DNA from: Camelus ferus
Taxonomy: Eukaryota
Direction of reading: 5' to 3'
Length of the DNA stretch: 64,000 nt
Assembly (NCBI RefSeq): GCF_009834535.1
Contig: NC_045696.1
Span: forward strand, 58,220,001-58,284,000
In this document: positions 37,824 to 49,800 of the stretch, one piece after another
How the letters are laid out: each line of letters opens with the position of its first letter
Position numbering within the stretch: the first letter of the stretch is position 1
Position numbers and translations under genes: made by a program
The notes under the pieces: model-generated
The model's database searches: none
Told to the model about the DNA's origin: nothing
Seen by the model: the letters and a program-made list of their open reading frames with translations, nothing else

Positions 37824-40800
37824 ACATACACAGACACAGAAAATCAGATATTATGTATTTCTTTAAAAAGTACGCAATAACACCTATGAAGTAATCTTGC
37901 CAGAATCTATATTTAATTAAGTCTTTAGATCTAACCATCAATTTACAGATGATATAGGGAATAGAGGAACATGTTAAATTATACCACATTGCAATCAGCA
38001 TATTTTGGATTGTGGGAAACTCTGTAGGACAAATCACCAGGTATCTTCAATAAACAAATTACACAAAGGAAGAAAAAGGAGAAGCACTGTTCTAGTGCCA
38101 AACCCCATCAGTGTGATTTCACCTTTCCTGGAGTCTCCAAATTTGGACCCTCAACAATTGGGTCTTTAAAGAAAGGGTCTTAGTCTTCTTTTGTTGGGGA
38201 GGGGTAAAATGGAGGAAGGAATTGCTGTGTGGGATCGGACAAGAGATCTGGGTTCCAACCTCTCAACTTAGATAATTTCAACCATTTCCCCCTTTTAGCC
38301 TTGTACCTCATCCTCACATTTCACAATACCCAACACTCCAATTTCTGAGGCCTTCTAGGGAGTCATCTTGCTTTTCTGCCATAGCTCCCTCTGTAAACTG
38401 TCCTGCTCTGCTAAATCACTTCTGATTGCTCCATTCACTTTCCATCTCCCCAGAAAGCGTTTAGTCTCGTCTCCACTCCTTTGTTCTCTCTGTCATTGCA
38501 GATCTATACTTTTTAAATTTTCTCACTATCCGCTTAGTGGAATTATGTGAAGTAGTGATAGACATGTACTGATCAATCTGCCATGCAGAATGCTTTCAAC
38601 TAGGACTGTCCCAGAAATTCCAGGTTGGCAATCTCTAACAGAGTAACTGCATGGTTCTCTGTTATATGAAAAAGCAGTGGAGACAGCCTGGAACTGGATA
38701 ACCTCCCTGTAGACTCAGCAACTCCCCTGGACACCAGGGACAATGCCTGAGACAATTAAAACATCTCCTGAGCGATAAGTCCACCACTAGCAGAGTTTCG
38801 ATTTCAAACAATTCTGATGCTGCCAGCCTAGTTTGTACAATGTGGAGATAACTAGAAGACAGCTCAGAATCAGCCTCACCATCTGTCCAGGCGCAAACAA
38901 AGCCCTATATGTGTCCTGTTGCAGAACAGTCCCCATTTCTGCACTTGGAGGACGTGTGGCAGCCCAAGACCATAAATCCACTGCAGTGAAGCCTCTAGCC
39001 ACATCATCCCCTGGAACTGCTCTGGTAAAGGTCACTTATGAGCTCCTGGTGGGCAAATCCAAGTAAGCTTATCATCAGCAGCCCCTCAACACTGTCAACC
39101 ACTTGCTACCTTTTCTTTCCCAAAAGAAGTTTATTAAATTACACTGATAAATAACTATCACAGGTGAGCTAATTTGATGTCCTGCCCCCTCTGCTGCTAC
39201 CTGCATCTCTCTTCACTTGCTGCTTGGAGAATTGGGAAGGGGGCTGGGTTTTTCTAGTTTCCTTAAGAAATAGTTCACATAAATTGTTTTTTTCTCAGCC
39301 TTTTTTTAAAAGTTGAAGTACAGTCAGTTACACATAAATTGTTAATAGGTATTAGGTACTCAGAAGTCCTTGTAAAGGATACTGGTTTGCATAAACTGTT
39401 TGCATTTAGATTTCTTTCTTTAAGGGATGTTAATTATTTAAACTATCAATAAAGCATCGTGGTTTAAGTTTGGTCAAATCATACCCTCGAGCCACGTTGG
39501 AGGATCAGTAAGCTGTAATGGAGAGTTACTGCAGTGGGTACTCCACACAGTATGGAGAGTAAAGGAAGCTGCGCTGGGGGTGTGGTGGAGGTGCTCGGCC
39601 CTGCCTCCTCCTGTTGGCAAAGTGGTGAAGCTCATTTTCAGTGCTTGGTTGATGTGAGCCACTTGTGATAGCAGATGCTGTGGGCTGAAAGCTTATAAAG
39701 AGGGACCCAAAGCTCCAGATAGGGCAATGGAGGAGCAGTAGATGAAGCTTGGCTTTTAGGGTCAAAAGACAGGGCCTTCTCACCAGGAGGAAAACCAGGA
39801 GACCACTGGCTGAGGTCTGCCTCCAGCCTAGTCGAGGGGATGCTGGACAGCCCACTCCCACTTCTCTCGTTCTCTCCTCTTTGTGGCCATGTGGTACCCC
39901 CTCCGGTGGGGAGGTGGAGATGTGGGGATGTGGACATGAAATATATTTATTTCTCTCCTTAGTTCTATTACAAAGAATCCAATCTGAACTCCTGGGATCA
40001 GGCCCCTAAGAGATACCCTGGAAGGTGGTAAAACCAATTCCTGGTGCACTTGTAGTTGGTTTGCAGGGCCTTCAGAAGAGATCCTGAGGCTGAGCACAAG
40101 TGATGGGGCTGGCAGAGGTACCCTCCCATGGCTGAGACCAGATCCACACCGATCTGGATGACCCAAATACCAGGACCCATCATCAAGATGGAGAGTCCTA
40201 ACATCTGGTAAGGTATGGGACTTGGGACTTGTAGGTCAGCTGTCAAGAACACTTGGGGAAGCCAAACCAGTTGGGCAGCATCCACAGAAAAAGCCTTCTT
40301 GACATCCTAGAATAGCGATTCCTAAACCTGGTTGCACATACGAATCACCTGGGAGTCTTTAAAAATCCTGGTGCCTGACTGTACCCTAAACCCTCATCCC
40401 TGAGAGTGAGACCAAGGCTTCAGTGCTTTTAAAAGCTTCTCTGCTGATTCTAGTGAGCAATCAAGGGAGAACAACTGCCTAGAGTCAGTCTAGCTCCACC
40501 CCTACCCTTATTTATGCTACCTAGTTCTGCAAGCCAGAAACCTACATGGCATCACTGTGGTCCAAGCCTTCACTAAGCCCTCCAGGGCTGCCAGCTTCCC
40601 CAACTCCAGGGGTCACCTTCATAAAGAAGACAATGTGCCTGGTGTTCCCTGGAGCTGTGTGATGCTATGGCCCTGTGTGATTCTGCCACTTAAAGATCTC
40701 TTCCTCTGTCTTGTCTCCATCCCCTCTCTGCTGCCTTAGTTTAATTCTCCCCATCAATCACCTGAATTATTGCACTTTAAATTACTGCACTTATTCCTAA

Positions 40801-43800
40801 CCAGCTCCTCCACTAAATCCATTCTCTGCACTGAGCCAGGTGATCTGTACACCGAATCTGTTCATGCCACTTCTCTGCTTAAAATTCTTTGCTTTCACAA
40901 TAAAATAGGGACCCCTCTGCTCAGCAATGAAGACCCTCTGCAATGTAGCCTCTCTCTGTTCCTGGGTTTCGTCTCCCAAATTTATCCCACTCCCACCCCA
41001 TGATGTGGTCACAATGGCCCCCTTGGTGGTCCATGCTATTTCACACCTCTGTGTCTCCTTCTTAGCTGTCTGTCCAACCCCCATTCTTTAAGCTCCAGCC
41101 CAAGAGCAGCTCTCTGGGAAGCCTTTGCAGACTCTGCTGAACCTGAGGGGGTGGGGTTCTTCATGCCTCTGGGCCACCACTGTATCTGGCACACACCCCT
41201 TTCTATGTGCTTCCCACAGCACTCTCATTATTTCTGTGCATCTGTCTCTTTTTCCCTCCTTTGGCCACTTTATTGCTCCCAGAAGACCTTCATTTGCAGA
41301 CTGTGGTAACATAATAAAAAGCCAACTCCCTGAGCTCAGAGCAGGACCTCTGGATCCACTTCCTTCCACCTGCCTTGGACCATCTCTGCACCAACTTCCT
41401 CCAGGCCCTGACCTGCTGAGTTTGGCATCTTGGTTTCATTTTCCATGGATACCAGTTGGAAACTAGGCTCTGGTTGGGCTGCTTATGACTGAACTGGCAG
41501 GACATGGGAAGCTGCCTCTAGGAACGACTCCTCCTTGCTCCAGCCCAGGTCCCAGGAACATGCCACATGGTTCCCATCCAGGAAAGGGAATCACTTATGA
41601 CCTCTTACATGCTTGCTCCTTCAGGCAAAGGGCCTGGGTCTTATTTACCTTTGGATCGCAGGTGCTTAGTACCATGCCTGGGACTGGACCCAACCTTTCG
41701 TTGGTATTCAATAAACGTTTATCAAGTGGGTGGTTGGATGGATGAATGGGCAGGTTGGCTAATAAGGGTGTGGGCAGGAGGATAGATGTACCAATAAATG
41801 GATGAATGGCATTTCTTTTCAGTTTCCCCTAGTTCTTCCTGGTTCCTCCCTGCTGGTGGTCACAGCTTTACTGCTCCCTCATACCTCTTCTGTGGCTGCC
41901 AGCTGCAACGGCCCCTGGGGGGTCTAGGTCCAGCTGCAGCTGGAAGAAACCAGCCCAGAATGTCACACCAGCTCATCAAGGTGGTCTCTCCTTCCCCGAC
42001 TGCCCTTTGCAGTGAAACCCTGTTCCAAACACCTGACTAACTCCTCTCCAGTCTCTAATTAGGTTTTACATATTATTCATCATCTTTTCCTGGCTGTGCT
42101 GTGAGTCCTGGAGGTTGGAGACTTGGCTTGTCTTACAGCGCCTCTGCCCCTAGCTCACTTCTGATACACAGTGAGCGCTCAGTGAACACTTGGTCTCTGG
42201 GGACCAGCAAGCCTCTCCCTGGAAACAGGAACTGAGGGTCTCTCCTCATTGACAAAGAGATGGCCTTCCTTTCTCTAGAATGTTCAGCCTCTGCAGAAAT
42301 GATCTGGCATCTGCTTCTCAATCTGGGATAAATGTTCTGGATCAAGGAGTCCCATTAAAACGACTCCCAAAGCACTTAGGGAATTATGCTTGGGGAATCC
42401 TTCTTGGCAGCAGATAATAAATCAATCATAGCTCAGTGAAAATGCTGAGCTCAAACAGGGATCACTCAGGCCAGGCTGAAAAAGGAACCAGGGACACACT
42501 TTCCCTTGAGGCACAAACCCAGAGACCCTCCTGTGGCTTCAGGCTCTGGACTTAGAATGACCAGTAGTTCCAGTTTGCCAGCACTGTACTGGTTCTACCA
42601 CTGAAAGCCTTGCATCCTGGGACCCCTCAGTCCAGGCAAACAGGGACACGTAGCTCTGGTGCTCTTTCCCTCCTGTCCTCAGCAGCAGCTCTGCGCAGTG
42701 CAGGAGCCCCATGTGTGCCTCCCCGTTTACTCGGCCATGCCCCCCTTCCCAGTCTCTTCCCAGCAGTCACCCTGACAGCCAGGGTGAGTCCATGGCCAGT
42801 GCGAAGAGCACAGGTCCCCTGTTTTCAACCCTAGGGGCTGAATTCTGAATCTTGCTCCTTGTGCTGCCCCCGGCCCCAGCCCCCAAATACCAGGGAAATT
42901 ACAAGGAAAGGGAAGCAAATGTACCTGAAGGAGGGAGACATTGGCAAGGCTGAGTCTGAAGAGGTAGTTCCTGTGAAAACAGAAACGGAGATCGTAAGTC
43001 AAGCTGGTTGTGCAGGCAGGTCCCCAGGAAGCAGCTTCCTGGCTCCTGCCTCACCGGGTGCCAGGACAAGGTGCCAACAGCAGAGGGCCAATGGTGGGCT
43101 GACCCCAGGGTGAGCTTGACCTTCACTAGCTCATTTACTATGCACAGCAACCCCAGCAGGACAGAGAGAAAACTCCATTTTACAGATGAGAAAACAAGTT
43201 AGGTAAATGATCCAAGTCAGAGAGACAGTAAGTGGAGGAGGTAGGATGGAAACCCAGACTCCTCTGCTTCCAAAGCCCATGCTGTCTCTACTCCCCACCA
43301 TCCCAGCAGGCCCAGGGCAGAACCTCCTGTCCCATTCCCAGCCGTGGAACCTGTTTCTGTTCAACTTCAAGCCTCATGGAGCTCTTGGGCCCTTGGGGTC
43401 CTGTCGCTTTCCTTTTTTTTTTTTCATATTCTTTTTCATTATAGGCTATTACAAGATACTGAATATAGTTCCCTATGCTGTACACTAGGGCATTGTTGTT
43501 TATCTATTTTATATATAGTAGTTAGTACCTGCAAATCCCAAACTCCTAATTTATCCCTCCCGCCTTTCCTCCTGGTAACCGTAAGTTTGTTTTCCATGTC
43601 TGTGAGTCTGTTTCTGTTGTGAAAATAAGTTCATTTTTGGCATTTTTTTAGATTCCACACATAAGTGATATCATATGATCTGTCTTCTCCCTCATCTCCC
43701 GCAGTCCCTCCTGCAGTCAATGACTCTGAATCTGACATTTCCACGGCCACCTCCCTGGACCAACCTGTCTCCTCTTATCCAGATTACCCCTTGGCCACCT

Positions 43801-46800
43801 CACTTCCTTTCCCCCAATTCCGCCTGCACAGGGCAGCCAGGCTAGTCTTCCTCAAACTCTGCTGTCATCATATGCTCAGCCTCTGCTCCAAAACCTTAAA
43901 AAAGGAAACTTACGTCCACACAAAAACCTGCACACAGATGTTTATAACAGCTTTATTCATAATTGCCGAAACTTGGAAGAAACCAAAATGTCCTTCAGTA
44001 GGTGAGTGGATAAATAAACTCTGGTGCATTCAGACAATGGAATATTATTCAGTGTTAAAAAGGAATGAACCATTAAGCCATGAAAAGACATGGAAAAGAC
44101 AAGCTTAAATACACACCACTAAGTGAAAGTCACCAATCTGAAAAGGCTGCATACTGTATGATGTCATTATATGACATTCTGGAAAAGGCAAAACTACAGA
44201 GACATTAAAAGATCAGTGGTCGCTGGGGGTGAGAGTGGGGGGCACGGGTGAGCAGCAGTGCACAGGGGACTTTTAGACTGAAACCACTCAATAAGATACT
44301 ATAATGATGACTACATAATATCACACTTGTCCAAACCTATAGAATGTACAACACCAAGAGTGAACCTTAACGTAAACTCTGGACTTTGGGTAATAATGAT
44401 GTGTCAATGTGGGTTCATCAGTTGTACGAAGTGTACCACTCTGCTGGGGGATGGTGGTGGTGTGGGAAGTTGTGCGTGTGTGAGGACAGGGGGGTCTATG
44501 GGAAATCTCTGTGCCTTCCTGTCAAGTTTGCTGTGAACCTAAAGCTGCTCTAAAAAATAAAGCCTTAATGTCTTAGAAAAATAAAAAACCCTTAAACAAT
44601 ACTGATGCTGACAGCACCACTATGACTATCACCCACTTACTGAGCACTCTCAGTGTCAGGTGAGGCCGAAATCGCTTTGCCTGGACTCTGGAGTCACGAG
44701 GCCACTGTGCATGGACTCGGAGGGTGGCAGGACCCCAGGGCAAGGAGCCACAGGAAAGTGACTGCAGGTTCACAGAGGAGCCCCCGCGGCAGAGACAGGA
44801 AGAATGCCAGCTCCGTCGCTTGCTGAGGGGCCTCTGGGGGCCTCAGTGTCCACCTCTGTAAAGCGGAGAAACTAACGTCTGTCTTTCTTACTTCACAGGG
44901 CTGTGAGGACGGGGCAGGGTGATGTGCGTTAAAAGGCAGAGGTAATGTCAAGCAGATGTGAAGTCTTGGTTTTCCCGAAGAATTTTCTTTCCTTCGTACA
45001 TCTTCTTTTGGCCGTTTCTTTCAGTTCTTGAAGTTTTTAGGAATAATTGCTTTAGAAAGTTCTGGCCTATCTCAGCTGTCCTGAGAAACGAGGGGAAAGG
45101 TTGTGGAGTGGGCCAGAAAGAGAAGGAGGGGCCCTGCTGAGTGGATCCGGGGGCCTGAAGGAGACACCTCTGGCTCCAGGCCCAGGACCCACTCGGCTGC
45201 TCTGCTGTCTCGGCAGGCCTCACCGGGTGACCTTGGCTCCAGGCCTCTGTGGTTCCTCCTTCTCAGGCCCCTCCCTTCCCCTGACCCTCCCTAGGTCCTC
45301 AGCAGGGCTCACCCCCCAACCCCCGGCCCCTTAACCTAAGGACAGATGGGCTCCAGCATGTGGCTCTGCCCCAGCTGTCCGCTCAGGTAACACAGGCATC
45401 TGCTCACAGCTTTAAAAAATTAGCGGAAACATTGCATCACTTTCTTCATTTTCATCCCATCAAAAATCATTCATCACAACATCCACGTCTGCTCTTCTGG
45501 GAGATGAGAACAGAGAGAAATCTCTGTAGCCTGATCCACCCTAAACCCCTTATGGAATAAAGTGGGGTAAAAATGAATAAAAGATTTCCCTAGCCTGAAT
45601 TCCAGAGGCCCAGGGGGTCACCAAGAAGGGAGAGGAATGTCAAGCAGAAGAGAAGGAGGAAGGAAAGAAGCTCCTACAGAAAAGGGCAGAAGGTAGACAC
45701 TGAGGACCCACTTCATTTGCTGTAAGGGGTGCAAGGGACCCGGTCCAGGACCAATTTGCTCCTTGTTCTCTGCGGATATAGCCAGGCTCGAGGACCCAGG
45801 CCCAGGGACGCCTCCCCATGTGTAGGGGAGGACGCAGATCGGGAGCAGTGTGAACACAGGCAGGAGGCTTGCCCTCTTGCATTTTAGACTCCTGGTCCGG
45901 ACAGCGGGGATAATCGTAGAGCTTACTGCCTGGGGTTACTGTGAAGGTTACATGATTTATTCTGTGCCTGATTTACAACATTGACTGGACCTTTTTAGAT
46001 GTTTTACTACACATGTGGTACATGAAATAGTGCCTGGCACATGGCAGGTGTGGAATGAATGGCAGCTTTCAAAACACTTCCATGAGATTCAGAGCAAAGG
46101 CATTTCATTTATATATTTGTTTGTTTGTTTATTTATTTAAGGTATAGTTGATTTACAATATTGTATGTTCCAAGTGTACAGCTTAGTGATTCAAAATTTT
46201 TATAAACTATACTCCATTTAAGGCTATTATAAAATATTAGCTCTATTTCCCTGTGCTCTACAATATATCCTTGTAACTGATTTATTTTATACACAGTAGT
46301 TTGTACCTCTTAATCCCCTACCCTGACCTTGCCCCTCCCCACAGCACTCTTCTCACTGGTAATCACTAGTTCATTCTCTACATCCGTGAGTCTGTTTCTG
46401 TTTTGTTATATTCATTCGTTTATTTTATCTTTTCAGATCCCACATATAAATGATAACATTCAGTATTTGTCTTTCTCTGACTTATCTCAAAGGCATCAGG
46501 ATTTTAAAAAGCACATATGTAAAACTGGTGGGCTCTGAATCAGGTAGAAGGGTGGAATCAGTGTTGGCTTCCTGACTGTAACGTTGTACTGTGGTTATGC
46601 AGGATGTTATCACTGGGGGGAACTGGGTGAGGGGTATAAGGATAGGAGGAGGAGGACGAGGAGGAGGAGGAGGAGGAGGAGGAGGAGGATAATGATGATG
46701 ATTGGTGAGGAGGTAATTAGGTTTATTTATTTATTTATTCTTGGAGGAGGAACTGGGGATTGAACCCAGGACCTCCTGCATGCTAAGCATGTGCTCTACC

Positions 46801-49800
46801 ACTTGAGCTATATACTCTCTCCCCTCCTCTATTATTTCTTATAACTGCATGTAATTCTATGATTATCTCAAAATAAACAGTAAAACAATTACTCTCTTTG
46901 CTGGGAAAATAAGGTCTCGACTCTGGTACACTTGCGCATGTAGAGATTACCTCTGAGAGGATACACAAACTCACTGCAGGGCATGCCTCCAAATGAGGAG
47001 CTCCGCTTGGCGTATGAGGGTGGCCCTGCTTTTCACTTTTGTACCTTCTGAATGTTATACCATAACACACATCACTGATGCAAAATAGGTTAATTTCAAA
47101 ATTAAAAAAAAAAAATGCATTTAGCCCCAGCTTCCTAAAAGCCCTGTGATGTTGGCAGCACAGAGATGGTGACTCAGACTTTACAGACGAGAAAACTGAG
47201 GCTCAAAGGTCAAGATCACCTAGGATAAGAATGCAGCTCATCTGGTCCAGAGTTCTGTCCTTGACTTGCCTCCTTTTCACATGGCAAATGAAGGGGTGAG
47301 GGCACTCAGGAAAGTCCAGAAGTCAAGGGCAGTCAGCCATATAGTGTAGCCTGGAGGTGCCAACCCAGTGGCTACCCTCCCCCACCCCAGACCTGCTGAA
47401 TCAGAACCCCTACGGGTGGAGAGCTTCCAGCATAGTTGGAGGTGGTAACATGGGTTGGCAGAAAAAACTCTAGCCCCGAGGCTAGGGGACCTGAGTTCTA
47501 GTCCCCAGATTCTGTTGTCATTTTCTGCTACATGATCTTGGGAAGGTCACCCTCCCCTCTCCAGCCTCTGCTTCCTCATGTTTAAATCGAGGGTAGTTGG
47601 ATCAGACCAGCGCTTCTCTAACCTCAGTGTGCATCAGGTTCACCTAGGGGGCTTGTTAAAACACGGGTTGCTGGGCTGCACCTCCAGAGTTTCTGATTCA
47701 GCAGGTCGGGGGTGGAGCTCAAGAACCTGCATTTCTAACAAGGTCCCCAGTGCTGTGGATGCGGGACCACTCTTTGACACCCACTGGAGCAGATCATCTC
47801 TAAGCTCCCTTCAATAGCAGAGCTGACGGTCTCTGATTTTGTGAGAATTCTCTCCTACTCCACCCCATAAAGTCTCCACAAGTCCTCCCTAGAGCGTGTT
47901 ATCCTTTGAATAGCAGAGCTGGACAGTGGAGCTAACCGAGGTCAGGCAACAACAGGGAAGTGAGGTCCTTCATAAAAGCAGCACATGTCCCGTGTCCCCG
48001 GTGCAGGCAACCAGCTGGCCAGCAGGGGGCTCCTGGGCACCTTTTCTGCACCAAGCTCCCAGGGAGGACACTAGCAAGGCCAGTCCTGGCAGCATGGCAG
48101 GGACAGGGGCTAGGAGGTCGCCAGTGGGCATTCCTGCCCTCAATAATTGCCGGACACTGAGGAACGTGGGTTGCTGGGATCTGAAGGTCTAGAGGTCGCT
48201 TCCCTGCCACCCTTCCCCACCACTCCCCAGGAATGCTTCCTTCTGTGGAGGACAGATATTCAGACACACAGAGGGCCTGGCCCAGGTTGTGTGTCTGCCC
48301 ACAGTGGGTCGTCCCAAATAATATTCCCTCCACCCAATTCACTTAGAATTGGTTCCCCCAGTCCTGGACCCACCCCTCCTACACCTCATTACCTGGCTCC
48401 CACGATGAGCTGGTTTCTGGAAGGATCCAGAGCGAGCTGGGAGAAATCTCGGGCTCCAGGGTAGGTGAAGTTAGAGACCCATGGCTTCAGATCTAGGGGA
48501 GGGAGAGGCAGCCGTTCGGTTACTGTTGGACCAGGGACCCCAGCTGCACCAGCATCGGACCCAAGAATGGAAGGGCTGCCATCAGGGCTGCCGTCAGGCT
48601 GTGGTGAGGCAGGAGGCACCCCAGAGACCTGGGTTCCACCAGCTCAGTGAGTAGCCAGTTAGGGGACAGGGAGTGAACAAAGCTCCTGCTTTGTTCCCTA
48701 GCTCAGAGGAGGGCTCCAGTTGCCCCCTTTGCTGCCCAAAGGGAGACCTGTAATCATCCTTGACTCCCGAGACCCTCAACAGCCACACCAAACACACTGG
48801 CAAACCCTGTCTGTTCTATCTCCACACTGTCCTGAAATCCGTCCATCTTGCCCTCTGTACTCCATCCCCCTACCAAGCCACCATCATCTCTTGCCTAGAC
48901 TAGTGCCAACAGCATCCTAACTGGCCTGGCTTCCACTCCTGCCCCTCCAGTCCATTTCCCACATGGCAACCAAGCAGTCTTTCTAAAATGCAAATCTGAT
49001 GTCACTCTTCAGCTTAAAACCCTTTAATAGCTCCTAGTTGCCCCTAGGAAAAATCCCAACTCCTGTGAAGGCCTTTGGGTTCTGGTTCCAGTGTCCTTCG
49101 AGGTAGAATGCCTGACAAATAAATTATTTAGTGATCCACTAAAAGAATGATGTTTCAGCTCATATATTCCCCCCTCAAACCCTCCACCCCAGCTACATTC
49201 AACCAGACTGTGGTGCACGTCTCCAGATCTATCCCACAGGAACCTGTAGACCTTTGCACTTCTCTTCCTGCTCGATGAACAGTTCTTGTTTGCCCCCATC
49301 CCCACCCCACCTCCTCCAAGAAGCCTTCCCTGACTCCCTCATGCAAGGTAAAGGGCTCCCATATACCTCTACTTGACTGTCATCAAAGCCTCCATCTGCC
49401 TGGGTGTCTAACCTGGCAGTTTGCCCTGGTGGACAGGGAAGATCTTGCTTCTTGGATCTCTAGGCTCTGTCCAGCACCTGGAAGTATTTGAATGAATGTA
49501 CAAATAATCCTCAACTCCTTTCTGTATAAGAAGAATCAAGTTTTCAGACAAAGCTACACAGAGGTGGAAGAAATGGAGGGTGAGTAGGAAGTGTCCATCT
49601 GTCTCCAAGGAAGGATCTTCCCAGCCAAGGCCAAAGTCTTTCATGGGGACTGGGTGGGCAGAGAGGAGCCCTTGTAGCACTCCGGATGGATGGGGCAGTG
49701 GTCTAGGGAACAGCGCCCAGCTGACTTTCCCTGTTGCCCTCCAGCTGGAAGCCTATTTCCCCCACCGTGGCTCACAGCCCCCTAATAGCTCTCCCTCAGC

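Noticed and set aside
43665..44108. 147-aa plus-strand ORF
   Set aside because: Its second half is a dead L1 ORF2 C-terminus joined by chance to unrelated sequence.
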